Source: Zygnema circumcarinatum SAG 698-1b
Lineage: Eukaryota; Plantae; Zygnematophyceae
Reading direction: 5' to 3'
DNA length: 64,000 nucleotides
Assembly (NCBI GenBank): GCA_037447605.1
Contig: CM074821.1
Coordinates: forward strand, 310,001 to 374,000
The number at the start of each line of letters is the position of its first letter. Position 1 is the stretch's first letter. The notes beneath the pieces are model-generated. The model was not told where the DNA came from and did no database searches. It saw only the letters and a list, made by a program, of their open reading frames with translations. This document shows, one piece after another, positions 51,542-62,670 of the stretch. Both the position numbers and the translations under genes were made by a program.

Positions 51542-54448
51542 TTACTTATTGGGCGCCGCTCCGTGGGCTATGGGCACCATGGAAGGAGTGGTCAACCGAT
51601 CAATGGGAAGAAAGGGCGTCGAGTCGACCAGGTTCAATGAACCTTCCAGCATCGATTGAATCATCTCCGCAGTTGACAAAGCCTGCGATTACAAAAAAGG
51701 CGAACAGCGAAAATAAGATATAAAGGAACAAAAAAGAGTTGCCCATTTTTTTCTTTTTTTGGTTTTTCTTTCAGTTATAAGGCTTAGTTTTTTTAAATGC
51801 CTTATAGGACAAGAAAAGGCTTACCATGCAGAGACCCGAGCCCTCGTGTCCGCACGCGAGCCAGACACGTGGCAGGCCCGGCAATGGACCAATCAGAGGC
51901 CTCCCATCCGGAGCTGCAGCCAATCACGTGCCGCCCCTCCTCCCTCCCATTCCGCCTCTCTCAAATGAGCACACAAGAAAATACCCAAAAAGGAAAGAAA
52001 GGATCAAAGCAAAGGAAAGAAAACCACGAGAATCGAATCGAGTTTTCACTGAAACCAGAAAACCAGAAAACAGAAAACAGAAATCCGGAAACTGGAAACC
52101 GAAAACCAGAAAAACCAAAAAACCGGACAACCAGAAAACCAGAAAACCAGAAAACCAGAAAACCAGAAAACCAGAAACCAGAAAACCAGAAAACCGGATA
52201 ACCAGAAAACCGGAAACTGGAAACCAAAAACCAGAAACCAAAAATCAAAAACCAAACACCAAACACCAAACACCAAAAACCAGAAACCTGGAAACAGCCA
52301 GTAAGTAATTTTTTTTTTTTCTTTTAGCCCTGACCGTAGGGTCTGAGGCCGGTCCGAATTCGCCCTTCTTTGATCGCTTCCCGGACGGTCCCCTCTCGGA
52401 GAAACGGCAAAAATTTGGCTGCCCGCTCCACCATTGCAAAAATCGTTTCGGAGTCCACATTTTTCGCAAAACCGGAAAATTCGCGGCTGCTTCCTGCAGT
52501 GACTCGTGGCAGAAAAACGATGCCATCAAAGACCTTTTTGCAAAAGAATTTTTTTTTTCTTTTTTTCGCTAAAAAAATGGCAATTTACTTGTTCTTTTCC
52601 ATTATTCAGCATCTTTCGAAAATTGAATTTCGCTGACCGATCAACAGCCGTCCGTTAGCGTCCGTCGTTGCCGTCATGGAAACGGACGGATTCAGTTCGA
52701 GCGGTTGTACGGAACTGTAATTATTTGTGTACTCCGATTCCATGAGCGCGTGGTTGAGAGAAAGTTGAGGAAGGCCTTCCATCACCAGCAAATGGCCCTG
52801 CGAAATTTTGAAATCCGAAGGGAGAGGGAGAGGGAGAAGGAGAGGGAGAGGGAGAGGAGAGGGAGAGGGAGAGGGAGAGGGAGAGGGAGAGGGAGAGGGA
52901 GAGGGAGAAGGAGAGGGAGAGGGAGAGGGAGAGGGAGAGGGAGAGGGAGAGGGAGAGAGAGGGAGAGGGAGAGGGAGAGGGAGAGGGAGAGGAAGAGGGA
53001 GAGGGAGAGGGAGAGGGAGAGGGAGAGGGAGAGGGAGAGGGAGAGGGAGAGGGAGAGGGAGAGGGAGAGGGAGGAGAGAGGGAGAGGGAGAGGGAGAGGG
53101 AGAGGGAGAGGGAGAGAGGGAGAGGGAGAGGGAGAGGGAGAGGGAGAGGGAGAGGGAGAGGGAGAGGGAGAGGGAGAGGGAGAGGGAGAGGGAGAGGGAG
53201 AGGGAAGAGGGAGAGGGAGAGGGAGAGGGAGAGGAGAGGGAGAGGGAGAGGGAGAGGGAGAGGGAGAGGGAGAGGAGAGGGAGAGGGAGAGGGAGAGGAG
53301 AGGGAGAGGGAGAGGGAGAGGAGAAGGAGAGGGAGAGGAGAGGGAGAGGGAGAGGGAGAGGGAGAGGGAGAGAGAGGGAGAGGGAGAGGGAGAGGGAGAG
53401 GGAGAGGGAGAGGGAGAGGGAGAGGGAGAGGAGAGGGAGGAAGAGAGAGGGAGAGGAGAGGGAGAGGGAGAGGGAGAGGGAGAGGGAGAGGGAGAGGGAG
53501 AGGGAGAGGGAGAGGGAGAGGGAGAGGGAGAGGGAGAGGGAGAGGGAGAGGGAGAGGGAGAGGGAGAGGGAGAGGAGAGGAGGAGGGAGAGGGAGAGGGA
53601 GAGGGAGAGGGAGAGAGGGAGAGGGAGAGGGAGAGGGAGAGGAAGAGGGAGAGGGAGAGGGAGAGGGAGAGGGAGAGGAAGAGGGAGAGGGAGAGGGAGA
53701 GGGAGAGGGAGAGGGAGAGGGAGAGGGAGAGGGAGAGGGAGAGGGAGAGGGAGAGGGAGAGGGAGAGGGAGAGGAGAGGAGAGGGAGAGGGAGAGGGAGA
53801 GGGAGAAGGAGAGGGAGAGAGGGAGAGGGAGAGGGAGAGAGGGAGAGGGAGAGGGAGAGGGAGAGGGAGAGGGAGAAGGAGAGGGAGAGGGAGAGGGAGA
53901 GGGAGAGGGAGAGGGAGAGGGAGAGGGAGAGAGAGGGAGAGGGAGAGGGAGAGGGAGAGGGAGAGGGAGAGGGAGAGGGAGAGGGAGAGGGAGAGGGAGA
54001 GAGGGAGAGGGAGAGAGGGAGAGGGAGAGGGAGAGGGAGAGGAGAGGGAGAGGGAGAGGGAGAGGGAGAGGAGAGAGAGGGAGAGGGAGAGGGAGAGGGA
54101 GAGGGAGAGGGAGAGGGAGAGGGAGAGGGAGGGAGGAGAGGGAGAGGGAGAGGGAGAGGGAGAGGGAGAGGGAGAGGAGAGGGAGAGGGAGAGGAGAGGG
54201 AGAGGGAGAGGGAGAGGGAGAGGGAGAGGGAGAGGGAGAGGGAAGAGGGAGAGGGAGAGGGAGAGAGAGGGAGAGGGAGAGGGAGAGAGAGGGAGAGAGA
54301 GAGGGAGAGGGAGAGGGAGAGGGAGAAGGAGAGGGAGAAGGAGAGGGAGAGAGAGAGAGAGAGGGAGAGGAGAGGGAGAGGGAGAGAGGGAGAGGGAGGA
54401 GGGAGAGGGAGAGGGAGAGGGAGAGGGAGAGGGAGAGGGAGAGGGAAG

Positions 54449-54479
<31 letters not shown>

Positions 54480-57387
54480 AGAGGAGAGAGAGGGAGAGGA
54501 GAGGGAGAGGGAGAGAGAGGGAGAGGAGAGGGAGAGGGAGAGGGAGGAGGAGAGGGAGAGGAGAGGGAGAGGGAGAGGGAGAGGAGAGGGAGAGGGAGAG
54601 GGAGAGGAGAGGGAGAGGGAGAGGGAGAGGGAGAGGGAGAGAGAGGAGAGGGAGAGGGAGAGGGAGAGGGAGAGGGAGAGAGGGAGAAGGAGAGGGAGAG
54701 GGAGAGGGAGAGGGAGAGGGAGAGGGAGAGGGAGAGGGAGAGGGAGAGGGAGAGAGGAAGAGGGAGAGGGAGAGAGGGAGAGGGAGAGGGAGAGGGAGAG
54801 GGAAGAGGAGAGGAGGGAGAGGGAGAGAGAGGGAGAGAGAGGAGAGGAGAGGGAGAGGGAGAGGGAGAGGAGTGGGAGTGGGAGTGGGAGTGGAGAGGGA
54901 GAGGGAGAGGGAGAGGGAGAGGGAAGAGGGAGAGGGAGAGGGAGAGGGAAGAGGAGAGGGAGAGGGAGAGGGAGAGGGAGAAGGAGAGGGAGAGGGAGAG
55001 GGAGAAGGAGAGGGAGAGGGAGAGGGAGAGGAGAGGGAGAAGGGAGAGGAGAGCGAGAGGGAGAGGGAGATAGGGATATAGGGAGAGGGAGGTAGGGAGA
55101 GGGAGATAGGGAGAGAGAGTGAGAGTGAGACGGAGAGTGAGAGGGAGTGGGAGGCAGGGAGACAGGGAGGTCGGGAGAGGGTATGAGTGGAGGGGAAGGC
55201 GAGGGGGGGGGAAGAGACCCCGGGCAACGAGGAGAGAGGGAGAATAATAATAAAAGAGTAGCAATTCATGCAATCTCCCTCTCTCTCTCTCTCTTTCTCT
55301 CTCCTCTCCCACTTTCCCCTCTCTCACTCTCCACTCACCGAATAGTCCCACCTTTCGGGGCTTGACACGTGGCACCACCGGAAGCTCAGACTCCTTGTCG
55401 TGTAGTGCGGCAGCCATGAAGCCCGTGCTCCATACTCCGGCTGCAACCACCACCCCTATTGCAGCCCGAATAGTCCGTTTCTCTGTTGAAATCCCCTGAA
55501 CTTCTCCGCTGCTTTTACACCTGATAAAACTCCTGACGGGCTCCTCAAAAAGTTCCCAGTAACGCTTGTTTGGACTGTTTCCATGCCGACGGCAGCGCTG
55601 TTAACAGTTTTGTAGAGACATAGAAACACAGGCCAGTTAGGGTTTTTGCATAACACTACAAAAATGCCAATTTTGATCAACTTTTTCATCCAAAAAAAAA
55701 AAAAAAAAACTGAACAAGATTGAAAATTCGACGAGAAATCTGTGCAAGTGATTGGGGGAAAACTCCGCCGACCTCTAGCAGAGCTTTCACTGCCAGCTCA
55801 GCATCCAGCTGGGAATCTCCGGGGACCAATAGGGCGCCTCCGGCATCCGGAACAGCCAATGAGGGCTCAGCGTCGCGTGCCGACGTGGCATCCAGATAAA
55901 CCGCTTCAATTCCGGCCACCTTGAGACTCTCTGAGCGGAGACGGAGGGCTGCCGCTTCCTCTTCCGTGTGAGCCACCAAGAGGCTGCCTGGCCACGGAAC
56001 ACCAGTTAAACTGAAACTGAAACTGAACTGAAACTGAACTGCAATGGGACTGAACTGGAACTGAGGTGCTGGTATGAATGTGGGTGCAGTGACAGCCACA
56101 GTGAAATCTCCTTTCGGTGATATCTAAAATAAGAAGTAAAGACAAGAAAACGAAAACTTCGGGAAATGGTGGTCCAAGAGGTTTGCAAGAGCAAAAAGAT
56201 CTGATAACTACTGTAAAAAACGCTCAATAGGGAGATTTTCACGCGTTATTCAGAATGAGTTTTTCAGGCAGAAGCGGCTCTCACCAGTCGTCTTCCAGCC
56301 CAGGGGAGGGGGGCCCTCTGTCACGTCACAGCCTGCCAGCAGGTCCTCCCAGAGCGCCTTCCCGCGGAGGGCGAGGGCCCACGCGGGGGAGGACGGGGAG
56401 CGGTGGCCCATCCAGATGTAGCCCTGCCCTGCATGCATCCATCCATGCATCCATGCATGGATCAGAGACATACGTCCATCCATGCATGCATGCATGCATG
56501 GATCGGAGACAGACATACATGCGAGGATGGATGGATGGATAGATGTACACGGGGAAGGGAGCAGGGCTGCATCACGGGAGGGCTTCAGGTTGAAAGGGGG
56601 GGGGGGGGGTGGTGAGGGAGGATAAAATGGGGGGGGGAGGGTGGAGGAGGGGTGGGGGAGGAAGAGGGAGAGGGAGAGGGAAAGCGGGGAGAGAGAGAGA
56701 GAGAAGATAGCCTTGAACCTTAATTCATTTACTTCCTCACAGAAACCAGCAATAAGACGCAATCTCTCCGTCACATACACTCTGATAATTGCCCATCAAC
56801 TCCCAATCTTCCTCCCTCACCCCCTTCCCCCTAGCAGCGACCCTAACGCCGTAACCTCAAACATCCAATCCCTCAAACTGCTTATTCCGACACCCTCCCT
56901 AACCCTAACCCTAACCTTGCAATCCTAAGTTTCAGAAAGCCCTACAATCCTTCTAACCCTAATCACCTGCTCCCGTAGCTCCTGCGCAGGGCCTCGCGCT
57001 GTCGAGCAGCGCCACCCGCCAGCCGCTCCCCTCCAGCAGCCTCTGCGCGATACTTAGCCCTACAATGCCGGCCCCTACCACCGCCACGTCCACCTCCACA
57101 TCCTCCCCCGGCATGGCCCCATCTCCCTCCCCATTGCTGCTTTCGTAAGCCTCCTCCGCACGTGTCTGTCTTGCCAGCAGGAGCTTCTTCCCCCCCTTCG
57201 CACGTGCGAAGCTCCCCTGCAAGCGTTTCTTCCCCCTGAGTGCGGGGAAGGGAGGAAGGAAGGAGGAGGGAGGCGGCCATGGCTTCCGGAAAGAGAGGGA
57301 GGGCGGGGAGGAAACGGCAGGGGGAAGGAGACACGTGGAGGGAGGCACCAGCTGCCACGTGGAAGCCGCGGATAGGGCGGGCGCCAT
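51542..57387 (-). CDS. FAD-dependent oxidoreductase (DAO/glycine oxidase family, At5g48440-like), about 8 exons, transit-peptide-like N-terminus
   Basis: [16 protein letters not shown] (GxGxxG), ATGAG | [13 protein letters not shown] | SLLVAH..DSQLDA | [13 protein letters not shown] | [20 protein letters not shown] | [15 protein letters not shown] | [22 protein letters not shown] | ALSTAEMI..*. Confidence 0.9.
52052..52296. repeat. Degenerate 8-9 bp minisatellite (CCAGAAAA)n in an oxidoreductase intron
   Basis: Tandem ACCAGAAAA with variants GAAACC, GAAAACCGG and AAACACC. Confidence 0.92.
52820..55095. repeat. About 2.3 kb (GGAGAG)n polypurine satellite filling intron 52798-55351 of the oxidoreductase
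   Basis: Near-continuous GGAGAG with sporadic 5-mer/7-mer slips and almost no pyrimidines on the + strand. Flanked by a canonical acceptor (52798) and donor (55351) on the - strand. Confidence 0.97.
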
Positions 57388-57648
57388 GTGAGCAGGGCCA
57401 CGAGCGCACGCCTAGGCGACACGTGGCGCTATGTGGGAGGTCCAGCAGTCAGCACCTGCGAATCGCGAACTGCCACGTAGGCACTATGTTCACGTGGCAA
57501 ATCGCACCAAATCGATCATTTTTCCAATCGTGGACGTACACGTGGAACATTGTACACGAGTCAGATCACCATTGGGAAATTCGCGGCCACAAAATGCACG
57601 TGAGGAAACGCCCGAATCTTCACAAGAACAATTTCCCGCCACGTCAGC
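57331..57648. promoter_or_regulatory. G-box/ABRE-like ACGT cluster in the divergent oxidoreductase/ICME promoter
   Basis: About 9 ACGT cores (6 CACGTG) in about 320 bp, including GACACGTGGC at 57418, TCACGTGGC at 57490 and GCCACGTCAGC at 57638. The first two cores fall in the oxidoreductase first exon. Confidence 0.6.
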
Positions 57649-57914
57649 ATTTGGTTTGCTCGGGATTGCCAATCTATTGCGATACATAAAAAATATCGAC
57701 GTTAATATCGCGATATATCTTTAACATTACCCGATATTGTAACGTTTTTCGCCGACAGGGGACCATCCCGGGACCCTCCTGTTAGGTAACAGTCGTACGT
57801 GTGTTTTGTATGTACGGACCCTTCGGCAGGTGTCTTTCCCTATATGGATTAATCCGCCCCATCACCCGTCGCCTTCACCCTCCTCCTCTGCTTCCTCCCC
57901 CGCCAGCGGCAGCT

Positions 57915-60900
57915 ATGGATGCCAAAAGCAGCCACCCGGGCGGCTTTTTCTTCAAAAGGAGCCTCCTATTGGGAACTTGGGGCTCTCTGAAAGTAAGAAA
58001 AACTCCCCGGAAAACTCCCCGGAAGACGACACGGGGCTCCATGGCGTACCTCACGGAAGCTCTAAAGGCGGCAAGAATGGAGGTCGCACGTGCGGGAAGC
58101 CCCGCGGAGCAGTGGAGGATGGGGGCGACCATGGCGGTCACAGTTCTGAGGGAGGTTTTGGCTTTTGCGACCGTACTTCCGTATGGTGTACGGGCGCTCC
58201 GTACACATCAGAGGCTGCCGGCATTGCCCGGAGGGCAGGGGAGGAGGTTGATGACAGGTGGGGAGTAGGATAAGGACGAGATAGATTGTTTTTAATATTA
58301 AATAAAAAAATAGGGAAAGGAATTGGGACATGGGTCTTTTTAAGCACTTCCGGGAGGGCATAATTGTGCATTGGTTTCTCTTAATTCGGAGAACGTGAAT
58401 TATTTCGGCCAAATTTTAATAAAGGCCGCCGTGATTGCAGGAAGATGTGAGGAAGGGCTTTTAGGTCTCTCGACTTTTTGAAATTGAAGGAATGGCTGGT
58501 GTATGTCCTCCATCGCAGTCACGAGGGTCTAAAGCGTTCGTTTGGAACAAATGTGTGCTCAATTGTGGTAACTTGTGCACATATTTTGCGATTTTAGTTC
58601 ACGTTTTCTGCTCTTCTTACGCGGGTGTGGAGCTCAGAGGAGGCGACTTTGAAGAGGAAGGACTTCGGGTGGTGGGTGTGGAAGAGAAGGGAGCTGCCGT
58701 ACATTGTGAGAGACATTCCGTACGGAGAGGGGGAGCGTAATGTGTGAGTCTCTCCTCTTCTTTTACTTTTTTCAGTTTCAGACAATTGTTTATTTTTTCA
58801 TGAATGCTTAGAATCATTCACTCTATCCCTTGTTTAGTTTTTTTCAAGTATTTTTAAAGTCGGTGGCTTCAGTCATCAATCTTCTCTTTCCTCCCTCTTC
58901 CATAACGCAATTCCACCCGTCATCACCCTTCAAATGACTCCTTCTCCCTGCGTGTGTGGCTCCCCCCTCCCCTCCCCCCTCCCCCCTCCCCTCCCCCCCT
59001 CCCCTCCCTCCTTCCCCCTCCCCTCCCCCTCCCCCTTCCCGGCCCACCCCCTCCCCCCCTCCCTCCTTCCCCCTCCCCCTCCCCTCCCCCTCCCCCTCCC
59101 CCTCCCCCCTCCCCCTCCCCCTCCCCTCCCCCTCCCCCCCTCCCCTCCCCCTCCCCCTCCCCCTCCCCCTCCCCCCTCCCCTCCCTCCTCCCTCCTCCCT
59201 CCTTCCCCCTCCCCTCCCCCTCCCCCTCCCCTCCCCCTCCCCCTCCCCCTCCCCCCCTCCCCTCCCCCTCCCCCTCCCCCTCCCCCTCCCCCTCCCCCTC
59301 CCCCCTCCCCTCCCCCTCCCCCTCCCCCCTCCCCTCCCCCCTCCCCCTCCCCCCTCCCCTCCCCCTCCCCCTCCCCCCTCCCCTCCCCCTCCCCCCCTCC
59401 CTCCTGTTGCCATCCCAGCCTGGACATCTACATCCCCCCTCCCCCTCCCCCTCCTCCCCGTGGTCGTGTTCGTCCATGGCGGCGTGTGGGCGAGCGGAGC
59501 GAAGTGGCAGTACGCACCTCTCGCAATGCGGTGCGCGGAGGAGGGGACACTCGCGGTCGCGCTGCAGTACAGTCTCTACCCGCAAGTATGGAGGGGGGGG
59601 GGCACTCTAACCCTAATTTTTGGCTCGCATTACAACTTTAGCTATGTGGGTTTTTCTGTATGAGAGGTTGTTAGATGGGAGAAGGAGGAAATGGGGGGAC
59701 GGCGATATTGTTTGTTTCGCAATTTTGCGTTTTGGAGTGTTCATCTGATGGCTGAAAGTTCAAACACAGAGGGGAATGGGAGTTCATGCGAAGTCATGCA
59801 GTTTGTTTTCTTGTGTCGAGTTCAATGTTGATCTCTTGTCTTTCTTTTTCTCTCCTTTTTGGCCTCTTCGGAAGGTCCTTGCTAGCGAGCAGGTGGCTGA
59901 GATATCGGCAGCCCTCACTTGGACGATGGATAATATCGAGCAGTATGGGGGCGACCCTTCCAAGATATTCATTATGGGTCATTCTTCTGGTAACCAATTC
60001 CCTCCTCTCCTCCCTCCCCCTTTCGGCTCCTCTCCCTCTCCCCCACTTTCTCTCTCTCCCTCTCCCTCTTTATCTCTTTCTCTTCTCAGCATCCTAGCAG
60101 CTGCTGTAGGAATAGGAGAGACAAGGGGCTTTGAGGACTTTTAGCACATTGGCTTTAGTTGCTAAAAAGTAGAAAGTAGCTGAATCACTTCCTTTATTAT
60201 GGGGGGAGGGGGTCTGCAGGAGCACATCTCTGTGCTATGGTTCTCTGGCAGAGGGCCAAATTGGAGCTTATGATGACCTTAGGCTGCGAGGAGACTGCGG
60301 GAGAGGGAGAGGGTGAGAGGGAGGCAGCGGGAGAGGGAGAGGGCGAGAGGGAGGGAGCGGGAGAGGGAGTGGGGAAGGATGCAAGGCAGCCTGCTTGCTT
60401 CATTGGTCTTGCAGGAGTGTTTGATATTATGGAGCATTACCGATATGAGCAAAGTAGAGGGGTAGCTGCTCTCTCCTGCATGAAGCCTGCCAATGGGGGG
60501 GTTTTGGGTTTCCCCTCTATGTCTCCCGCTCTCCTTTTCCGGGCCTTGGGGGAGTGCATGGCGGGGGGGAGAGAGGGAGGGAGAGAGGGAGGGAGAGGTG
60601 AAGGGGAAGTAGGAGAGGGGGAAGGAGGAGCAGCGGCGGTGGTAGGAGAGGAGGAAATGTCCGTTTCAGCTGTTCTCCGAGGCGAGAGAAGCCTTGCAAT
60701 GAGTGTTCTTGTGGCTGATGGTGATGAGGGAGGGAGAGGAGGAGGGAGAGAAGAGGGAGAGAGCTCCCTGGAGGTGGTGAAAAGCGCTGCAGAAGAGAAT
60801 GGACGTGGGAGAGAGTCGGAAACAGAAAAAGATGACCCTCAAAATTTAGCAAAAATGAAAGAAAAAGCGATTGAGAGAGCACACGCTTCTGTTCAGCCCC

Positions 60901-61367
60901 TCCATGGGCTCACTCGCTACTCAGAGAGTATGTCTTTGGAGACGGCAACTGCGCTTTTGTGCCCAGAATTAGGGTTTGAAGGGAGAGAGAAAGAGCTGGT
61001 GAGGCTAATAGCGGAGAAGTATGGGAGAGGGTGGGAGGGGCTCCTACCATCTTGTCTCATACTATGTAGCCCGGCCGACTTTGTTGTCCCTCCCACCACG
61101 AGTTTCGCTCTAAGGGATGCAATTAGGTCAGTGGGAGGGAAGGCAAAAGTGGTCGCTTATGATGATGTTTCGCATGGGGCCTTCGCATGCTGGGGCCCGC
61201 GAGAGGGAGGGAGAGGGGAGGGAGAGAGGGGGGGTGGAGAGGGAGAGAGAGGGAGAGGCGAGGGAGAGAGAGGGAGGGAGGGTCCGGGTGCGGCGCAGCT
61301 GATTGATGATGTGCTGGATGTGATCACGGAGAGAGTTTTGTTGCCATCTTTGGATTGGAAGAGATAA
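57915..61367 (+). CDS. ICME: Isoprenylcysteine alpha-carbonyl methylesterase-like alpha/beta hydrolase
   Basis: IVRDIPYG | LDIYIP..PVVVFVHGGVWASGAKW..QYSLYPQ | QYGGDPSKIFIMGHSSG|AHL (GxSxG), FIGLAGVFDI..H, ADFVVP (Asp), YDDVSHG (His). Symbol is by family resemblance only. Confidence 0.8.
58964..59400. repeat. (CCCCT/CCCCCT)n array in ICME intron 2; G-quadruplex-prone on the - strand
   Basis: About 430 bp of almost only C and T, ending just before the acceptor CATCCCAG|CCTGGAC. Confidence 0.93.
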
Positions 61368-62369
61368 GCTGAAGAGGACCTCGTGGAAGGAGAGAATGTG
61401 AGAAATTTAGAAGTCCCAACTTCCGGTTTTTCTATGTATCTTGTTGTGTCTGTAGGGGTAAAGTGTTGGCTCGGGAATTTGAGAATAAAGCGGAGAATAT
61501 TTGTTTTTAGGATTAGTTTTGTGGGTCTTTAAGTTTCGATTTTGTTGGTGTTTTAGTGTTTTTTTAAGGTTTGCGGGATCCAGGGCCTTGCAGGGTGTAC
61601 CGATTCTTTTGGCTTTCAGTTTTCTGCAGACTTCACCTAACGTTTTTATGGTTATTGACATTTTTTCAGGAGGCAATTCGTTATGTTTCATTTTTGTTCC
61701 CAAGAAGGGAGTGTAATGCTGTACATTGAAACGGTTGCATGAGAATGATGATGTTTTTTGATTGTATCTCTCTCTCTTTCGCTCGCTTTCTCTCTCTCTC
61801 TCCCTCCCTCCCGTCCTCTCCCCTCCTCTTCCCTGCCCTCCCCTCCAACTTCATACAAGATTGCATTTTATCGCCCAACAAGTTATGCAGATTTAGAATT
61901 TCTTGAATGAAACATATGGCTGTTTATGTTCTTTTCTAATACTGAACAAATTAAAATGTATATTCTCAAACAAAACACATCAGTTGTCCGAAAGAAAAAC
62001 TCAAAATTCCAAGTTAATCTCTCAAACTTAAGGTACTTTGCTTATGCAGTGACTATTCGATGAACTATAAAAGTTTGATACAAAAAGACCTTCACTAATT
62101 CACATCAGAGGATAGTACAGGAATATAAATTTCCCCCTCCTCTTAATCACCAAAAGACAAGCTTTTCTCCTCGCCTTCGGCATCTACAAAGGGAAAACAA
62201 GAAAACCCTTCTGAGGAAAATATTGACATGCTTTACCTCAGAAGAAACTTCTTCTTCTCCTTTCCCCCCCCTCCCCTCTCCCTGTACGCCAAACATCAAA
62301 CTTACTTTCCGCAAAAAAAATCACGAGAGGCGTCTCTCTGTCTATTCAAAACTCGAGAAGACTCTCCCA

Positions 62370-62432
62370 CTGGTTCTCCAATGGTTGCCAACCATTGGAA
62401 ATCGTCCAACCATTGCCAACTAATGGTTGGAT
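62370..62432. repeat. Third, short AACCATTGG/CCAATGGTT cluster
   Basis: CCAATGGTT-GCC-AACCATTGG at about 62378-62398, followed by AACCATTG and AATGGTTGG. Confidence 0.8.
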
Positions 62433-62670
62433 GGTAGACAAAGGACCCCTTCTTCCTGTAAGCTCTCATGGCAGAATGTTCTAAGCTCCTTCTGGGACCA
62501 ACATCTTCACCCTTTTAAACTTCCCCTGAGGAGACAACAACATTCAGCCAGGATTGCTTCCCACGTATACTCCCTTATCTCTTCTTTAACTTTTACTCAC
62601 ATATACACTAATATATTACAACCGAATCTCCAGTCTAAAACTCTGGAAAGATCGGTGCTGACTGGTGATT

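Noticed and set aside
52606-55453. ORFs of 757-910 aa (RE/RG/EG and SP/LP/LS repeats) on both strands
   Set aside because: GGAGAG and CTCTCC contain no stop codon in any frame. The region is an intron bounded by in-phase oxidoreductase exons (KPRK|GHLL).
58844-59663. Poly-Pro and poly-Gly ORFs resembling extensin or formin
   Set aside because: They derive from the (CCCCT)n intron of ICME; the real exon starts near 59419 (LDIYIP).
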